NCBI GenBank assembly: GCA_963761305.1
Contig: CAVXGK010000002.1
Location: 2,016,001-2,080,000, forward strand
From: an uncultured Gemmatimonadaceae bacterium
Lineage (GTDB): Bacteria > Gemmatimonadota > Gemmatimonadetes > Gemmatimonadales > Gemmatimonadaceae
Length of the DNA: 64,000 nt
Direction of reading: 5' to 3'
Shown here one piece after another: positions 9,247-18,224 of this stretch. Numbering within the stretch: position 1 is the stretch's first letter; each line of letters starts with the position of its first letter. The notes under the pieces are model-generated. The model did not search any database. It saw only the letters and a list, made by a program, of their open reading frames with translations, and had not been told where the DNA came from. Made by a program: the position numbers and the translations under genes.

Positions 9247-11226
9247 TCAACGCGTCGAGGTACCGTTCGTCGGCAGGACGTGCACGTCGATCCGCGACGT
9301 CATCTTCTGCGTGTGGTACAGCGACATCGTCGCGCTCGTGTAGTCTTCCGGCTTCGCCTCGAAGATGTTCGGCACGAACGTCTGCGGATTCCGGTCGTTG
9401 AGCGGGAACCACGAGCTCTGTACCTGCACCATGATGCGGTGCCCTTTCTTGAACGTGTGGTCGATGTCGGGCATCGCGAAGTGCAGCGAGTCGGCGCGAT
9501 TCGGGAAGAATGCCTCCGGCTTCGACGGATCGTGGCGGTAGCGCGCGCGGAACGGTTCGCCGCGCACGAGCTGCTGGTAGCCCGCCACTTTGAACCCCGT
9601 CGTGTCGCCCGGCCAGTTCGGCGCGTCGTCGGGAAAGACATCGATCAGCTTGACGTCGAAGTCGGCGTCGGTGCCGGTCGTCGACACGTAGAGCGTGGGC
9701 GCGACCGGGCCGACGATGGTCACGTCCTCGGTGAGTGGCTCGGTTTCATACGTGAGCACGTCGGCGCGCGCCGAGGCGAATCGCTGGTCGCCGCTCATGT
9801 AGTCGCGCGGCATGCCGTTCGAATCCTTGCGGCCGACGACAGGCACCGGCTTTGTCGGATCGCTCGTGTACTGGTCTGTCGCCAGCAGTTGCCAGGCCTC
9901 CGCGCCTGCGCCCGGGCGATCGGGCGTGCTCGATCCTGCCCAACCCAGCTTCTTGCCTGAAAGAAAATAGAGCGACTTCTTCACCGCCGATTTCGGCGGC
10001 ATGGCGTCGAACCGATCCCACCGTTCGCCGCCGGTGCGATACACGAGCACTTTCGGCAACGGCGCCATGACGTCGCCCTTCAGGTACTGCAGGAAGAACG
10101 GCAGCTCGACTGAGTCGCGGAACCACGGACCGGTCTTCGTCGCCCAACGCAGCGTGCCGTGCGAGTTGCCGTCACCGCGCGACCAGCCGCCGTGGGCCCA
10201 CGGCCCGATCGCTATGTGATTGTCCGAGCCCGGCGCGAGCCGTTCGATGCCTCGAAACGTGCGCCATGGTCCCGCGAGATCCTCGGCGTCGTAGTAGCCG
10301 CCGACTTGCAGCATCGCCGGCACGCGCTTCACATGGCGGCTGATGTCGCGCGATTGCCAGTAGTCGTCGTAGCTCGGGTGGTGCATGACGATGTCCCACA
10401 GCGGCGCCGTCTCGGGCGGCAGCCATTTGCGCGACCCGGGGCCGACGGCGCCCAGCGAGAGATAGAACGCGTAGGCGTCGTCGCCTTCTTGCGGGCGCGG
10501 ATAGCGCGGATCGGGGCCGGGCGGATTGGCGCGCGGCGTCCGGCCGTAGCCTTGATAGAAATCGAAGTTCGCCGCGAGCATGAACGCGCCGTTGTGGAAC
10601 AGGTCGTCGCCCATCCACAGATCGGTCATCGGCGCGCCGGGCTCGCAGGCCTTGAGCGCCGGGTGCGGGTCGATGCAGCTCGCGGTCGTGTAGAAGCCGG
10701 GATACGACGTTCCGTAAATGCCGACTCGCGCGTTGTTGTGCGGCACGTTCTTCACCAGCCAATCGATGGTGTCGTACGTGTCCGTCGACTCGTCGACGTC
10801 GGTCCTGGACGTCTTCACGTCCTTGTGCGGCGTCATCTCGGTGTAATTCCCTTCCGAGTAGTACCGCCCGCGCGCGTCCTGATAGACGAAAATGAATCCC
10901 GACTCGGCGAACTTGGGATTCCCGCTCGGGCCGAGCGACGGCCGATACGCGTCCGCACCGTAGGGCGCGACGCCGTACGGCGTGCGGTCCATGAGGAACG
11001 GATACGACCGCGAGCTGTCGCGCGGAATGTAGATCGACGTGAACAGCGTGACGCCATCGCGCATCGGAATCCGCACTTCGAGCTTCCGATAGCCGGCCTT
11101 CACCGCCTCGGCCATCGCCGGATTCGCGCCGCGTTGCGCGGAGGCCGGCGGCGGGCAAATGAAGAGCGCTGAAACCGTGGCCGCGGCCAACGTTGCGGAG
11201 CGGACGTGGCGGATGCTCGGGAACAC
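9247..11226 (-). CDS. CocE/NonD-family serine hydrolase (X-Pro dipeptidyl-peptidase / glutaryl-7-ACA acylase-like), secreted
   Basis: IPMRDGVTLFT, RTPY, QDARGRY, GTSYPGF nucleophile, GPWAHGGW; GTG start at 11226 precedes a signal peptide. Confidence 0.9.
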   Translation of the reverse strand: MFPSIRHVRSATLAAATVSALFICPPPASAQRGANPAMAEAVKAGYRKLEVRIPMRDGVTLFTSIYIPRDSSRSYPFLMDRTPYGVAPYGADAYRPSLGPSGNPKFAESGFIFVYQDARGRYYSEGNYTEMTPHKDVKTSRTDVDESTDTYDTIDWLVKNVPHNNARVGIYGTSYPGFYTTASCIDPHPALKACEPGAPMTDLWMGDDLFHNGAFMLAANFDFYQGYGRTPRANPPGPDPRYPRPQEGDDAYAFYLSLGAVGPGSRKWLPPETAPLWDIVMHHPSYDDYWQSRDISRHVKRVPAMLQVGGYYDAEDLAGPWRTFRGIERLAPGSDNHIAIGPWAHGGWSRGDGNSHGTLRWATKTGPWFRDSVELPFFLQYLKGDVMAPLPKVLVYRTGGERWDRFDAMPPKSAVKKSLYFLSGKKLGWAGSSTPDRPGAGAEAWQLLATDQYTSDPTKPVPVVGRKDSNGMPRDYMSGDQRFASARADVLTYETEPLTEDVTIVGPVAPTLYVSTTGTDADFDVKLIDVFPDDAPNWPGDTTGFKVAGYQQLVRGEPFRARYRHDPSKPEAFFPNRADSLHFAMPDIDHTFKKGHRIMVQVQSSWFPLNDRNPQTFVPNIFEAKPEDYTSATMSLYHTQKMTSRIDVHVLPTNGTSTR

Positions 11227-11363
11227 GCGAGATCCTCGGGTGAGGGGGGGAACGGAGTAAACGCACGCACAGGGACGAGATGTTCGCAAGGTCCACCCGG
11301 GCGAACGCACAAACGCGCGACGCCGTCTCGACTCTTTCTCCCGAGCGCGGTATCCTCGTCGCC

Positions 11364-12785
11364 ATGCGATCATCCATGCTCTCCTGCGTCGTCCTCGCGG
11401 CGGCGACCTCCGCGCTCGTCGCGCAGCGACCGACGCTCGCGCCCGCGGTTCGCCAATTCGTGCAGGTCGACACGTCGGTCGTCGCACTGACGCACGTGCG
11501 CGTGATCGACGGCACCGGTGCGCCGGCGCGCGCCGATCAGACGGTCGTGATTCGCGACGGCCGCATCGCGACGGTCGGTCCGTCGTCGTCCACCGCCGCG
11601 CCGCCGGGCGCGCTGGTGATGGATCTCTCGGGCAAGTCGGTGATCCCCGGGCTCGTCATGGTGCACGAGCATCTCTTCTATCCGACCGGACCCGGCGTGT
11701 ACGCGTACTTGGCCGAGAGCTTCACGCGACTCTATCTCGCCGGCGGCGTGACGTCGATGCGCAGCGGCGGGAACATGAACGGCTTCGGCGAGATCAACGT
11801 CAAGCGTTCGATCGACCGCGGCGAGCGCGCGGGTCCGTGGATCGACGCCACCGCGCCGTACCTCGAGGGTCCCGGGCTTGGCTTGCCGCAGGTGCACGAG
11901 CTGACCGACGCCGCCGACGCGCGCCGCCAAGTCGACTACTGGACCGACATGGGCGCGTCGTCGCTCAAGGCGTACATGCACATCACGCGCGACGAGCTCA
12001 AGGCGGCGATCGACGAAGGGCACAAGCGCGGCATCAAGACGACCGGCCATCTCTGCTCGGTCACCTATCGCGAAGCGGCGGAGCTGGGGATCGACAATCT
12101 CGAGCACGGGTTCTTCGCGTCGACCGATTTCGTCGCCGACAAGAAACCGGACGTCTGTCCGGGTCAGAACGTGGGACAGGCATCGATCGCCGCGCTCGAC
12201 ACGGCGGGTGCGCCATTCAAGTCTCTCGTCGAGGATCTCGTGAAGCGGCACGTCGCGCTCACGTCGACGCTCACGGTGTTCGAGACGTTCACGCCGGGGC
12301 GTCCCGAGCCGCCGGGGCTCGACGTCCTCATCCCGGAACTGCGCGACCAGTTCGAGCAGCGCTACAAGGCGGCGCAGGCGAACGCGCGCTCGACGTACGC
12401 CGCGCTTTTCCCCAAGGAGCGCGCGATGGAGATCGGCTACATGCGCGCCGGCGGCTTGCTCATCGCCGGCACCGATCCCACCGGCGGCGGCGGCGTGATT
12501 CCCGGATACTCGGATCAGCGACAGCTCGAGCTGCTCGTCGAGGGCGGACTCACGCCGCTCGAGGCGATCAAAGTCGGGACGATGAACGGTGCGACCTACC
12601 TCGGCCGAGCCGACAAGATCGGATCGATCGCCGCCGGCAAACAGGCGGACTTGGTGGTGATCGACGGCGATCCGTCGGCGCGGATCGAGGACATTCGCAA
12701 AGTCTCAGTCGTGTTCAAGCAAGGGGTCGGCTACGACCCGGCGAAACTGATCGCGTCGGTGCGCGGGAAGGTCGGATTGTTCTAA
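11364..12785 (+). CDS. Secreted amidohydrolase-family protein
   Basis: Signal peptide; VIPGLVMVHEH, AGTD, GKQADLVVIDGDP. Confidence 0.9.
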   Translation: MRSSMLSCVVLAAATSALVAQRPTLAPAVRQFVQVDTSVVALTHVRVIDGTGAPARADQTVVIRDGRIATVGPSSSTAAPPGALVMDLSGKSVIPGLVMVHEHLFYPTGPGVYAYLAESFTRLYLAGGVTSMRSGGNMNGFGEINVKRSIDRGERAGPWIDATAPYLEGPGLGLPQVHELTDAADARRQVDYWTDMGASSLKAYMHITRDELKAAIDEGHKRGIKTTGHLCSVTYREAAELGIDNLEHGFFASTDFVADKKPDVCPGQNVGQASIAALDTAGAPFKSLVEDLVKRHVALTSTLTVFETFTPGRPEPPGLDVLIPELRDQFEQRYKAAQANARSTYAALFPKERAMEIGYMRAGGLLIAGTDPTGGGGVIPGYSDQRQLELLVEGGLTPLEAIKVGTMNGATYLGRADKIGSIAAGKQADLVVIDGDPSARIEDIRKVSVVFKQGVGYDPAKLIASVRGKVGLF

Positions 12786-12801
12786 CGATCGCCCGAAAAG
12801 A

Positions 12802-12834
12802 AAGACGGGCTCGGCGAGTCGCCGAGCCCGTCTT
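12802..12834. terminator. Bidirectional intrinsic terminator-like hairpin
   Basis: AAGACGGGCTCGGCGA-G-TCGCCGAGCCCGTCTT perfect inverted repeat between convergent genes. Confidence 0.75.
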
Positions 12835-12854
12835 GTCTTCAGGAAGAATCGAGG

Positions 12855-14114
12855 CTAGAACGCGCCGGTGCCGCGCGGGGTTCCGTTGCCGGTCGGACCG
12901 TCGTACTTCGGGCCGGCCGTGCAGAGATAAGAACCTCCGCAACTTCCGTTGCTGCCTGAGATCACGTCGAACAGCGAGGTCGCGGCGGCGGAATAGGAGA
13001 ACGAAGCCGAGTTGGCCGTCGACGCGTTCCCAGCGAGCGCGTAGACCGCGCCGATCAACGGAGCGGCGACGCTCGTCCCGCCGAAGACCAGCCATCCGCC
13101 CCGCCGGCCGAGCCCGTACGTGTCGTAGACCGCGACGCCGGTGTTGGGATCGGCGACGGCCGACACGTCGGCGACTGTCCGGTTCGCCGGGCAACCGGCG
13201 TCGTGCTGCCACGCCGGCTTCGTTTCGTATGCGCTGCAACCGCTGCCCGCGCCGGACCAGACCGTTTCGTTGAACGACGAGCCGCTTCGCGTGAGGCTCG
13301 TTCCGCCGACTGCGGTCACGTATTGCGACGCAGCCGGGTATTCGGCGCCGTAGCCGGCGTCGCCCGAGCTGACCGTAATCGTGACTCCGGGGTGGTTGTA
13401 GAACGAGTCCCAGCTGGTTTCGCCATTGAACTCGCTTCCGCCGTACGAGTTGGAGATCACGTTGGCGCCGAGGTTCGCGGCCTCGTTCTCAGCGGTTGCG
13501 AGATCGCTGAACGAGTTCGAAGTCGCCTCGACGAGAATGATCTTGCAGTTCGGACAGACGGCGCTGACCATGTCCAGGTCGAGCGAAATCTCTTCCGCCC
13601 AGCCCGTGTTGCCGCGCGGCAGGCCGGTGGTGGTCCCCTTCTGGCTGACCTTCCTGAAGCATCCGTTGGCTGTCGTGCACGCCGACAACCCGAACTGCTT
13701 TCGGTAAACGCCGAGATCCGCTTCCGCATTGGGATCGTCATACGCGTCGACGATTGCGACGGTTTGCCCAACGCCGCCGGCCGGAAGTTTGTAGGCGCTC
13801 ACCAGATCGGCAGGACCGTACCCCGCCGGAGTGGGGTTCGCGACCGGTTGGCCACCCTTATCGACGGTGATCCAGGAGTGGCACTGCGCTTCGCCGTCCG
13901 ATGGAATCGGGCAGACTTTCGTGTGGCCGTACGCGTTGCCGTTGTTTCCGTTGCTGCCGTTCCCACCGTTGGGAATTCCGCCGGCATCGCGCGAGGGACT
14001 CGCGCTCGGGGCCGCGGTCGGAATGACACTGTCAGACGAACACGCGGCGAGGGCGAAGGTGGCAGCGCACGAGACGATCGTGGCGACGCGCACCGTGAGA
14101 CTCGATTCGGCCAT
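12855..14114 (-). CDS. S53 (sedolisin-like) serine peptidase, probable lipoprotein
   Basis: LAAC lipobox; EEISLD (ExxxD), SSGDAG oxyanion Asp, GGTSVAAP catalytic Ser. Confidence 0.88.
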   Translation of the reverse strand: MAESSLTVRVATIVSCAATFALAACSSDSVIPTAAPSASPSRDAGGIPNGGNGSNGNNGNAYGHTKVCPIPSDGEAQCHSWITVDKGGQPVANPTPAGYGPADLVSAYKLPAGGVGQTVAIVDAYDDPNAEADLGVYRKQFGLSACTTANGCFRKVSQKGTTTGLPRGNTGWAEEISLDLDMVSAVCPNCKIILVEATSNSFSDLATAENEAANLGANVISNSYGGSEFNGETSWDSFYNHPGVTITVSSGDAGYGAEYPAASQYVTAVGGTSLTRSGSSFNETVWSGAGSGCSAYETKPAWQHDAGCPANRTVADVSAVADPNTGVAVYDTYGLGRRGGWLVFGGTSVAAPLIGAVYALAGNASTANSASFSYSAAATSLFDVISGSNGSCGGSYLCTAGPKYDGPTGNGTPRGTGAF

Positions 14115-14258
14115 CGGAACTCTCCGGTCGGGGGATGGCAGGGGATCGAACATACTATAGAAACCGCGCGTCACGGACAAGCGAAAAGCTGATTCGCATT
14201 TTGCCACACGCTAAAGCTCGCGCTCAACCGTGCGGCGGGCGGCTTGCCGCCGGTCACC

Positions 14259-14654
14259 TCACCGCCAAGCGGAAAGAATGACCGCCGCGATGATGAACGA
14301 CACCAGATTGTATCCCGACTCGATGGCCCATTGCGCGTGTTGTTTTCCGCCCGCCGCCGCCGTCGCGTAACTCGTCGCGCCGGCGAACCCTAGCCAACAC
14401 AGAATCGCGAAACCAAATGCGCGACCCGCCTCCATCGGTCCGGCGTGGTTGAGAATCATGGCCATCCCCCACGACGTGAGGAGCGCGCACACGAACAGTT
14501 GGGCGAACAGCACGGCTCCGGGTGACCCCATCGGACCGGTCACGCCTTGCATTCGGCGCCACGGGTTCGCGAAGAGCAGCGAGAACCACAGACCGCCGAG
14601 CACGAACAGCACGATGGCCGACACCAGCACGGCGAGATAGTTGACCGGCGGCAT
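14259..14654 (-). CDS. DUF1761-like small membrane protein
   Basis: VNYLAVLVSAIVLFVLGGLWFS..F..PW and IESGY pattern; 4 TM segments. Confidence 0.75.
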   Translation of the reverse strand: MPPVNYLAVLVSAIVLFVLGGLWFSLLFANPWRRMQGVTGPMGSPGAVLFAQLFVCALLTSWGMAMILNHAGPMEAGRAFGFAILCWLGFAGATSYATAAAGGKQHAQWAIESGYNLVSFIIAAVILSAWR

Positions 14655-14666
14655 GTGAGGGCTCCC

Positions 14667-14706
14667 GGTGGACGGGTGGACGGGTGGACGGGTGGACAGG
14701 TGGATC
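14667..14706. repeat. 5 x 8-nt tandem repeat (GGTGGACG)
   Basis: Seen directly. Confidence 0.85.
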
Positions 14707-14862
14707 GGTACTGCACGAGCATCACAGCGACGAGAATGCAGACGAACTCGGCCGAGAGGATGGCGACGTCATGCGCTCCTTGGCAAGTTTACCAGGCGCC
14801 CGGTTGGGCGCCCCAACAAAGTTCTATCTCTCCCTCCCATCTCTTCGTTGGAGCAATTCGGC

Positions 14863-17800
14863 ATGACTCGACGGCTTGTTCGAGCCGGTGCGTCGGCGTT
14901 CCTGGCGATCGGCGGTGTCGCCGCCGCGGTTGGACTGACCGGCGGCGCGGAACGTCCTGCGTATCCCGTTCGCTCTCCAGTTACCGATTCCGTGATCCTG
15001 CGCGGAATGCGGTGGCGCAGCATCGGGCCCGATCGCGGCGGACGATCCATCGCCATCTCCGGCGTGAAGGGCCAGCCGAAGGTCGGCTACTTCGGCGCGA
15101 CCGGCGGCGGTCTCTGGAAGACGACCGACGGGGGCGAGCACTGGACGAACGTGACCGACGGCCAGATCAACAGCTCGTCGGTCGGCGCGGTGGCCGTCTC
15201 GGAGACTGACCCGAACATCGTCTTCATCGGGATGGGTGAGTCGTGCATTCGCGGCGACGTCCAGCCGGGCGACGGCGTCTACAAGTCGACCGACGCGGGC
15301 AAGACGTGGACGCACATCGGATTCTCGAAATCCGACGCGATCTCGCGCATCCGCGTTCATCCGACGAATCCGAACATCGTGTTCGTCGCCGACTTCGGGA
15401 AATACGGCGTGCCGAGCGAGGAGCGCGGTGTCTACAAGAGCACCGACGGCGGCGCGACGTGGAAGCGCGTGTTGTTCACCAGTCCGAACGTCGGCGCGGC
15501 GGACGTCGAGATCGACCGCACGAACCCGAACGTCATGTACGCGTCGCTGTGGGAGGCGTATCGCAAAGAGTGGATGATGTCGAGCGGCGGTCCGGGGAGC
15601 GCGATCTACAAGTCCACCGATGGCGGCGAGACCTGGACCGACATCACCCATGTGAGCGGCCTCCCGGCGGGTATAGACGGCAAAATCGGCCTCTCCATCT
15701 CGCCCGTCGACCCGAATCGCGTGTTCGCACTGATCGAGAACGAGAACGGCGGCCTGTTCCGGACCGACGACGCCGGCGCGACGTGGTCGATGGTCAACAA
15801 CGAGCGGCGGTTTCGCCAGCGCGCGTTCTACTACACACACGTCTTCGCCGACACAAAGAACAAGGATCTCGTCTACGTCGAAAACGTCGGCACATTCCGT
15901 TCGCGCGACGGCGGAAAGACGTTCGCGCAGCAGCAGTTCGCCCGGGGCGATTCGCACGACATGTGGGTCGATCCGGACGACGACAACCACGTGTTGCACG
16001 CCGCCGACCCGGGCGGTGACATCACGTTCAATGCGACGGCGGAGACGCCCACGTGGAGCTCGGTCGACTATCCGACCGGTCAGTTTTATCATGTCGTCGC
16101 CACGCCGGGCGAGCCGTACTTCGTGTGCGGATCGCAGCAGGACGAGAGCGAGATGTGCGTTCCGACGGCACCGCCGCCCGCGTTCGGCGGTCGTGGCGGC
16201 GGAGGCGGCGGGCGCGGCGGTGGACCGGCGCAGTTCAGCCCCGGCGGCTCGGAAGACGGCTACATCGCGCCCGATCCGCGCGACCCGGACATTTTTTACT
16301 CCGGCACCAACGCAAACGGCGGCGGCTTTCTCACGAAACTCAATCGCCGAACGGGCGAGGTCCGAGAGGTGAGCCCGTACCCGCGCATGTTCTCGGGCGA
16401 AGAGTCGGCGGTCATCAAGGAACGCTGGCAGTGGACGTACCCGATCATCTTTTCGCCGGTCGATAAGAAAACGCTCTACACCGGCTCGCAGCATCTCTGG
16501 AAGACGACCAACGGCGGCGACAGCTGGGAGCGGATCAGCCCCGACCTCACGCGTCACGATCCCAAGACGATGGGTCCGTCCGGCGGTCCGATCACGCGCG
16601 ACATGAACGGACCCGAGGTCTACGCGGTGATCTTCTCGATCGCGCCATCCAAGCGCACGACGAACGTCGTCTGGACGGGCTCCGACGACGGCGTCGTGAG
16701 CGTCACGAAGGACGGCGGCAAGACCTGGAGCACCGTCACGCCGAAGGACATGCCGGACTTCGGGCGCGTCAGTCTGATCGACGCGTCGGCCTTTGATTCG
16801 GCGACCGCGTACGTGGCGGTCAAGCGTTTCCTCAACGACGACAAGGCGCCGTACATCTATCGCACGCACGACATGGGCAAAACGTGGACGAAGATCGTCA
16901 CCGGAATTCCTGGCGACGACTTCGTGCACGCCGTGCGCGAGGATCCGACCCGAAAAGGACTGCTCTACGCGGCGACGCAGCACGGCGTCTACGTCTCATT
17001 CGACGACGGCGATCACTGGGAGTCGCTCAACCTGAACCTGGCCGACATCCCGATGTGGGATCTCATCGTCACCGAGCGCGACATCGCCGTCTCGTCGCAC
17101 GGCCGAGGGTTCTACATCCTCGACAACGTCGAACCGCTCCGGCAGTACAACGCCGCGGCGATGGCGAGCGCCGATCCGGTACTCTTCAAACCCGCGCCGG
17201 CGTATCGCTCCGGCACGCAGGCGACGATTCAGTACGTTCTCAAGGGGCCGGCGCGGAGCGTTCGGATCGAGATTCTGGACGCGAAGGGGCAAGTGATTCG
17301 CGCGTATCCCGACACGACGAACGGTGGCGGCCGAGGCGGACGCGGCGGCGGGGGTGCGGCGCTGATTGCCGCCAACGCCGGCGTGCCCGGCGCAGGCGCG
17401 GATTCCGCTGCGGGCGCTGATGCTGCCGGCCGCGGCGGTCGAGGGGGACGCGGCGGATTCGGCGGCGGCGCGGCGAATCCGGGCCGCAACCCCGGCCTCA
17501 ATTCGTTCGTTTGGGATCTTCAATACGCCGGCGCCACGACATTCCCGGGCATGGTTCTCTGGGGCGGGTCGACCAACGGTCCGTCCGCGCCGCCGGGTAA
17601 GTACGCGGTGCGACTCACCGCCGATGGCAAAACGCTCACGCAGCCGCTCGTCGTCAAGCGCAATCCGATGCACCAGGCCACCGACGCCGATCTTCAGGCG
17701 CAGTTCGCGCTCGCGATCCAGTTGCGCGACAGGGTCAGCGAGGCGAACGGAGCGGTCGTTCAGTCGCGCGACGTGAAAGGCCAGGTCGACGACCGCCTCA

Positions 17801-18150
17801 AGAAATCGCAGGACGACAAGCTGAAGGCCGCCGGCGACAAGCTCTCGAAGGACCTGAACGCGGTCGAAGAAGAGATCTACCAAGTAAGGAATCAGAGCGG
17901 CCAGGATCCGCTCAACTTCCCGATCAAGGTCAACAACCGGCTCGCTGCGCTGCTCGGCGTCGTGTCGCGCGGTGACGACAAGCCGATCGCGAGCGCCTAC
18001 ACGATCTTCGGCGACCTCAAGGGCGAGCTCAAGACGCAAACGGACCGCCTGCAGATCGTCTTCAAGAACGATGTCCAGGCGTTCAACGCCGAGGCCAAGC
18101 GGCTGGGACTCGACCCGATCGTGATCAACAAGCAGCCGGTCGTGTTCTAG
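14863..18150 (+). CDS. Secreted BNR/Asp-box (VPS10/sortilin-like) beta-propeller glycosyl hydrolase-like protein
   Basis: WRSIGPDRGGR start; many S/T-x-D-G-G-x-T-W Asp boxes; C-terminal helical region. Confidence 0.88.
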   Translation: MTRRLVRAGASAFLAIGGVAAAVGLTGGAERPAYPVRSPVTDSVILRGMRWRSIGPDRGGRSIAISGVKGQPKVGYFGATGGGLWKTTDGGEHWTNVTDGQINSSSVGAVAVSETDPNIVFIGMGESCIRGDVQPGDGVYKSTDAGKTWTHIGFSKSDAISRIRVHPTNPNIVFVADFGKYGVPSEERGVYKSTDGGATWKRVLFTSPNVGAADVEIDRTNPNVMYASLWEAYRKEWMMSSGGPGSAIYKSTDGGETWTDITHVSGLPAGIDGKIGLSISPVDPNRVFALIENENGGLFRTDDAGATWSMVNNERRFRQRAFYYTHVFADTKNKDLVYVENVGTFRSRDGGKTFAQQQFARGDSHDMWVDPDDDNHVLHAADPGGDITFNATAETPTWSSVDYPTGQFYHVVATPGEPYFVCGSQQDESEMCVPTAPPPAFGGRGGGGGGRGGGPAQFSPGGSEDGYIAPDPRDPDIFYSGTNANGGGFLTKLNRRTGEVREVSPYPRMFSGEESAVIKERWQWTYPIIFSPVDKKTLYTGSQHLWKTTNGGDSWERISPDLTRHDPKTMGPSGGPITRDMNGPEVYAVIFSIAPSKRTTNVVWTGSDDGVVSVTKDGGKTWSTVTPKDMPDFGRVSLIDASAFDSATAYVAVKRFLNDDKAPYIYRTHDMGKTWTKIVTGIPGDDFVHAVREDPTRKGLLYAATQHGVYVSFDDGDHWESLNLNLADIPMWDLIVTERDIAVSSHGRGFYILDNVEPLRQYNAAAMASADPVLFKPAPAYRSGTQATIQYVLKGPARSVRIEILDAKGQVIRAYPDTTNGGGRGGRGGGGAALIAANAGVPGAGADSAAGADAAGRGGRGGRGGFGGGAANPGRNPGLNSFVWDLQYAGATTFPGMVLWGGSTNGPSAPPGKYAVRLTADGKTLTQPLVVKRNPMHQATDADLQAQFALAIQLRDRVSEANGAVVQSRDVKGQVDDRLKKSQDDKLKAAGDKLSKDLNAVEEEIYQVRNQSGQDPLNFPIKVNNRLAALLGVVSRGDDKPIASAYTIFGDLKGELKTQTDRLQIVFKNDVQAFNAEAKRLGLDPIVINKQPVVF

Positions 18151-18224
18151 GACCGATCGACCAAACTTTTTTGGGGGGTTGGGGTGTCGAACGAGGACGC
18201 CCCAACCCTGTCGCCGAGTATTGG

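Noticed and set aside
14824..16983. Many long overlapping ORFs (e.g. 14824..16983, 25093..27264, 53801..55960, 42301..44685)
   Set aside because: Arg/Ala/Pro-rich shadow frames typical of high-GC DNA, overlapping well-supported genes.
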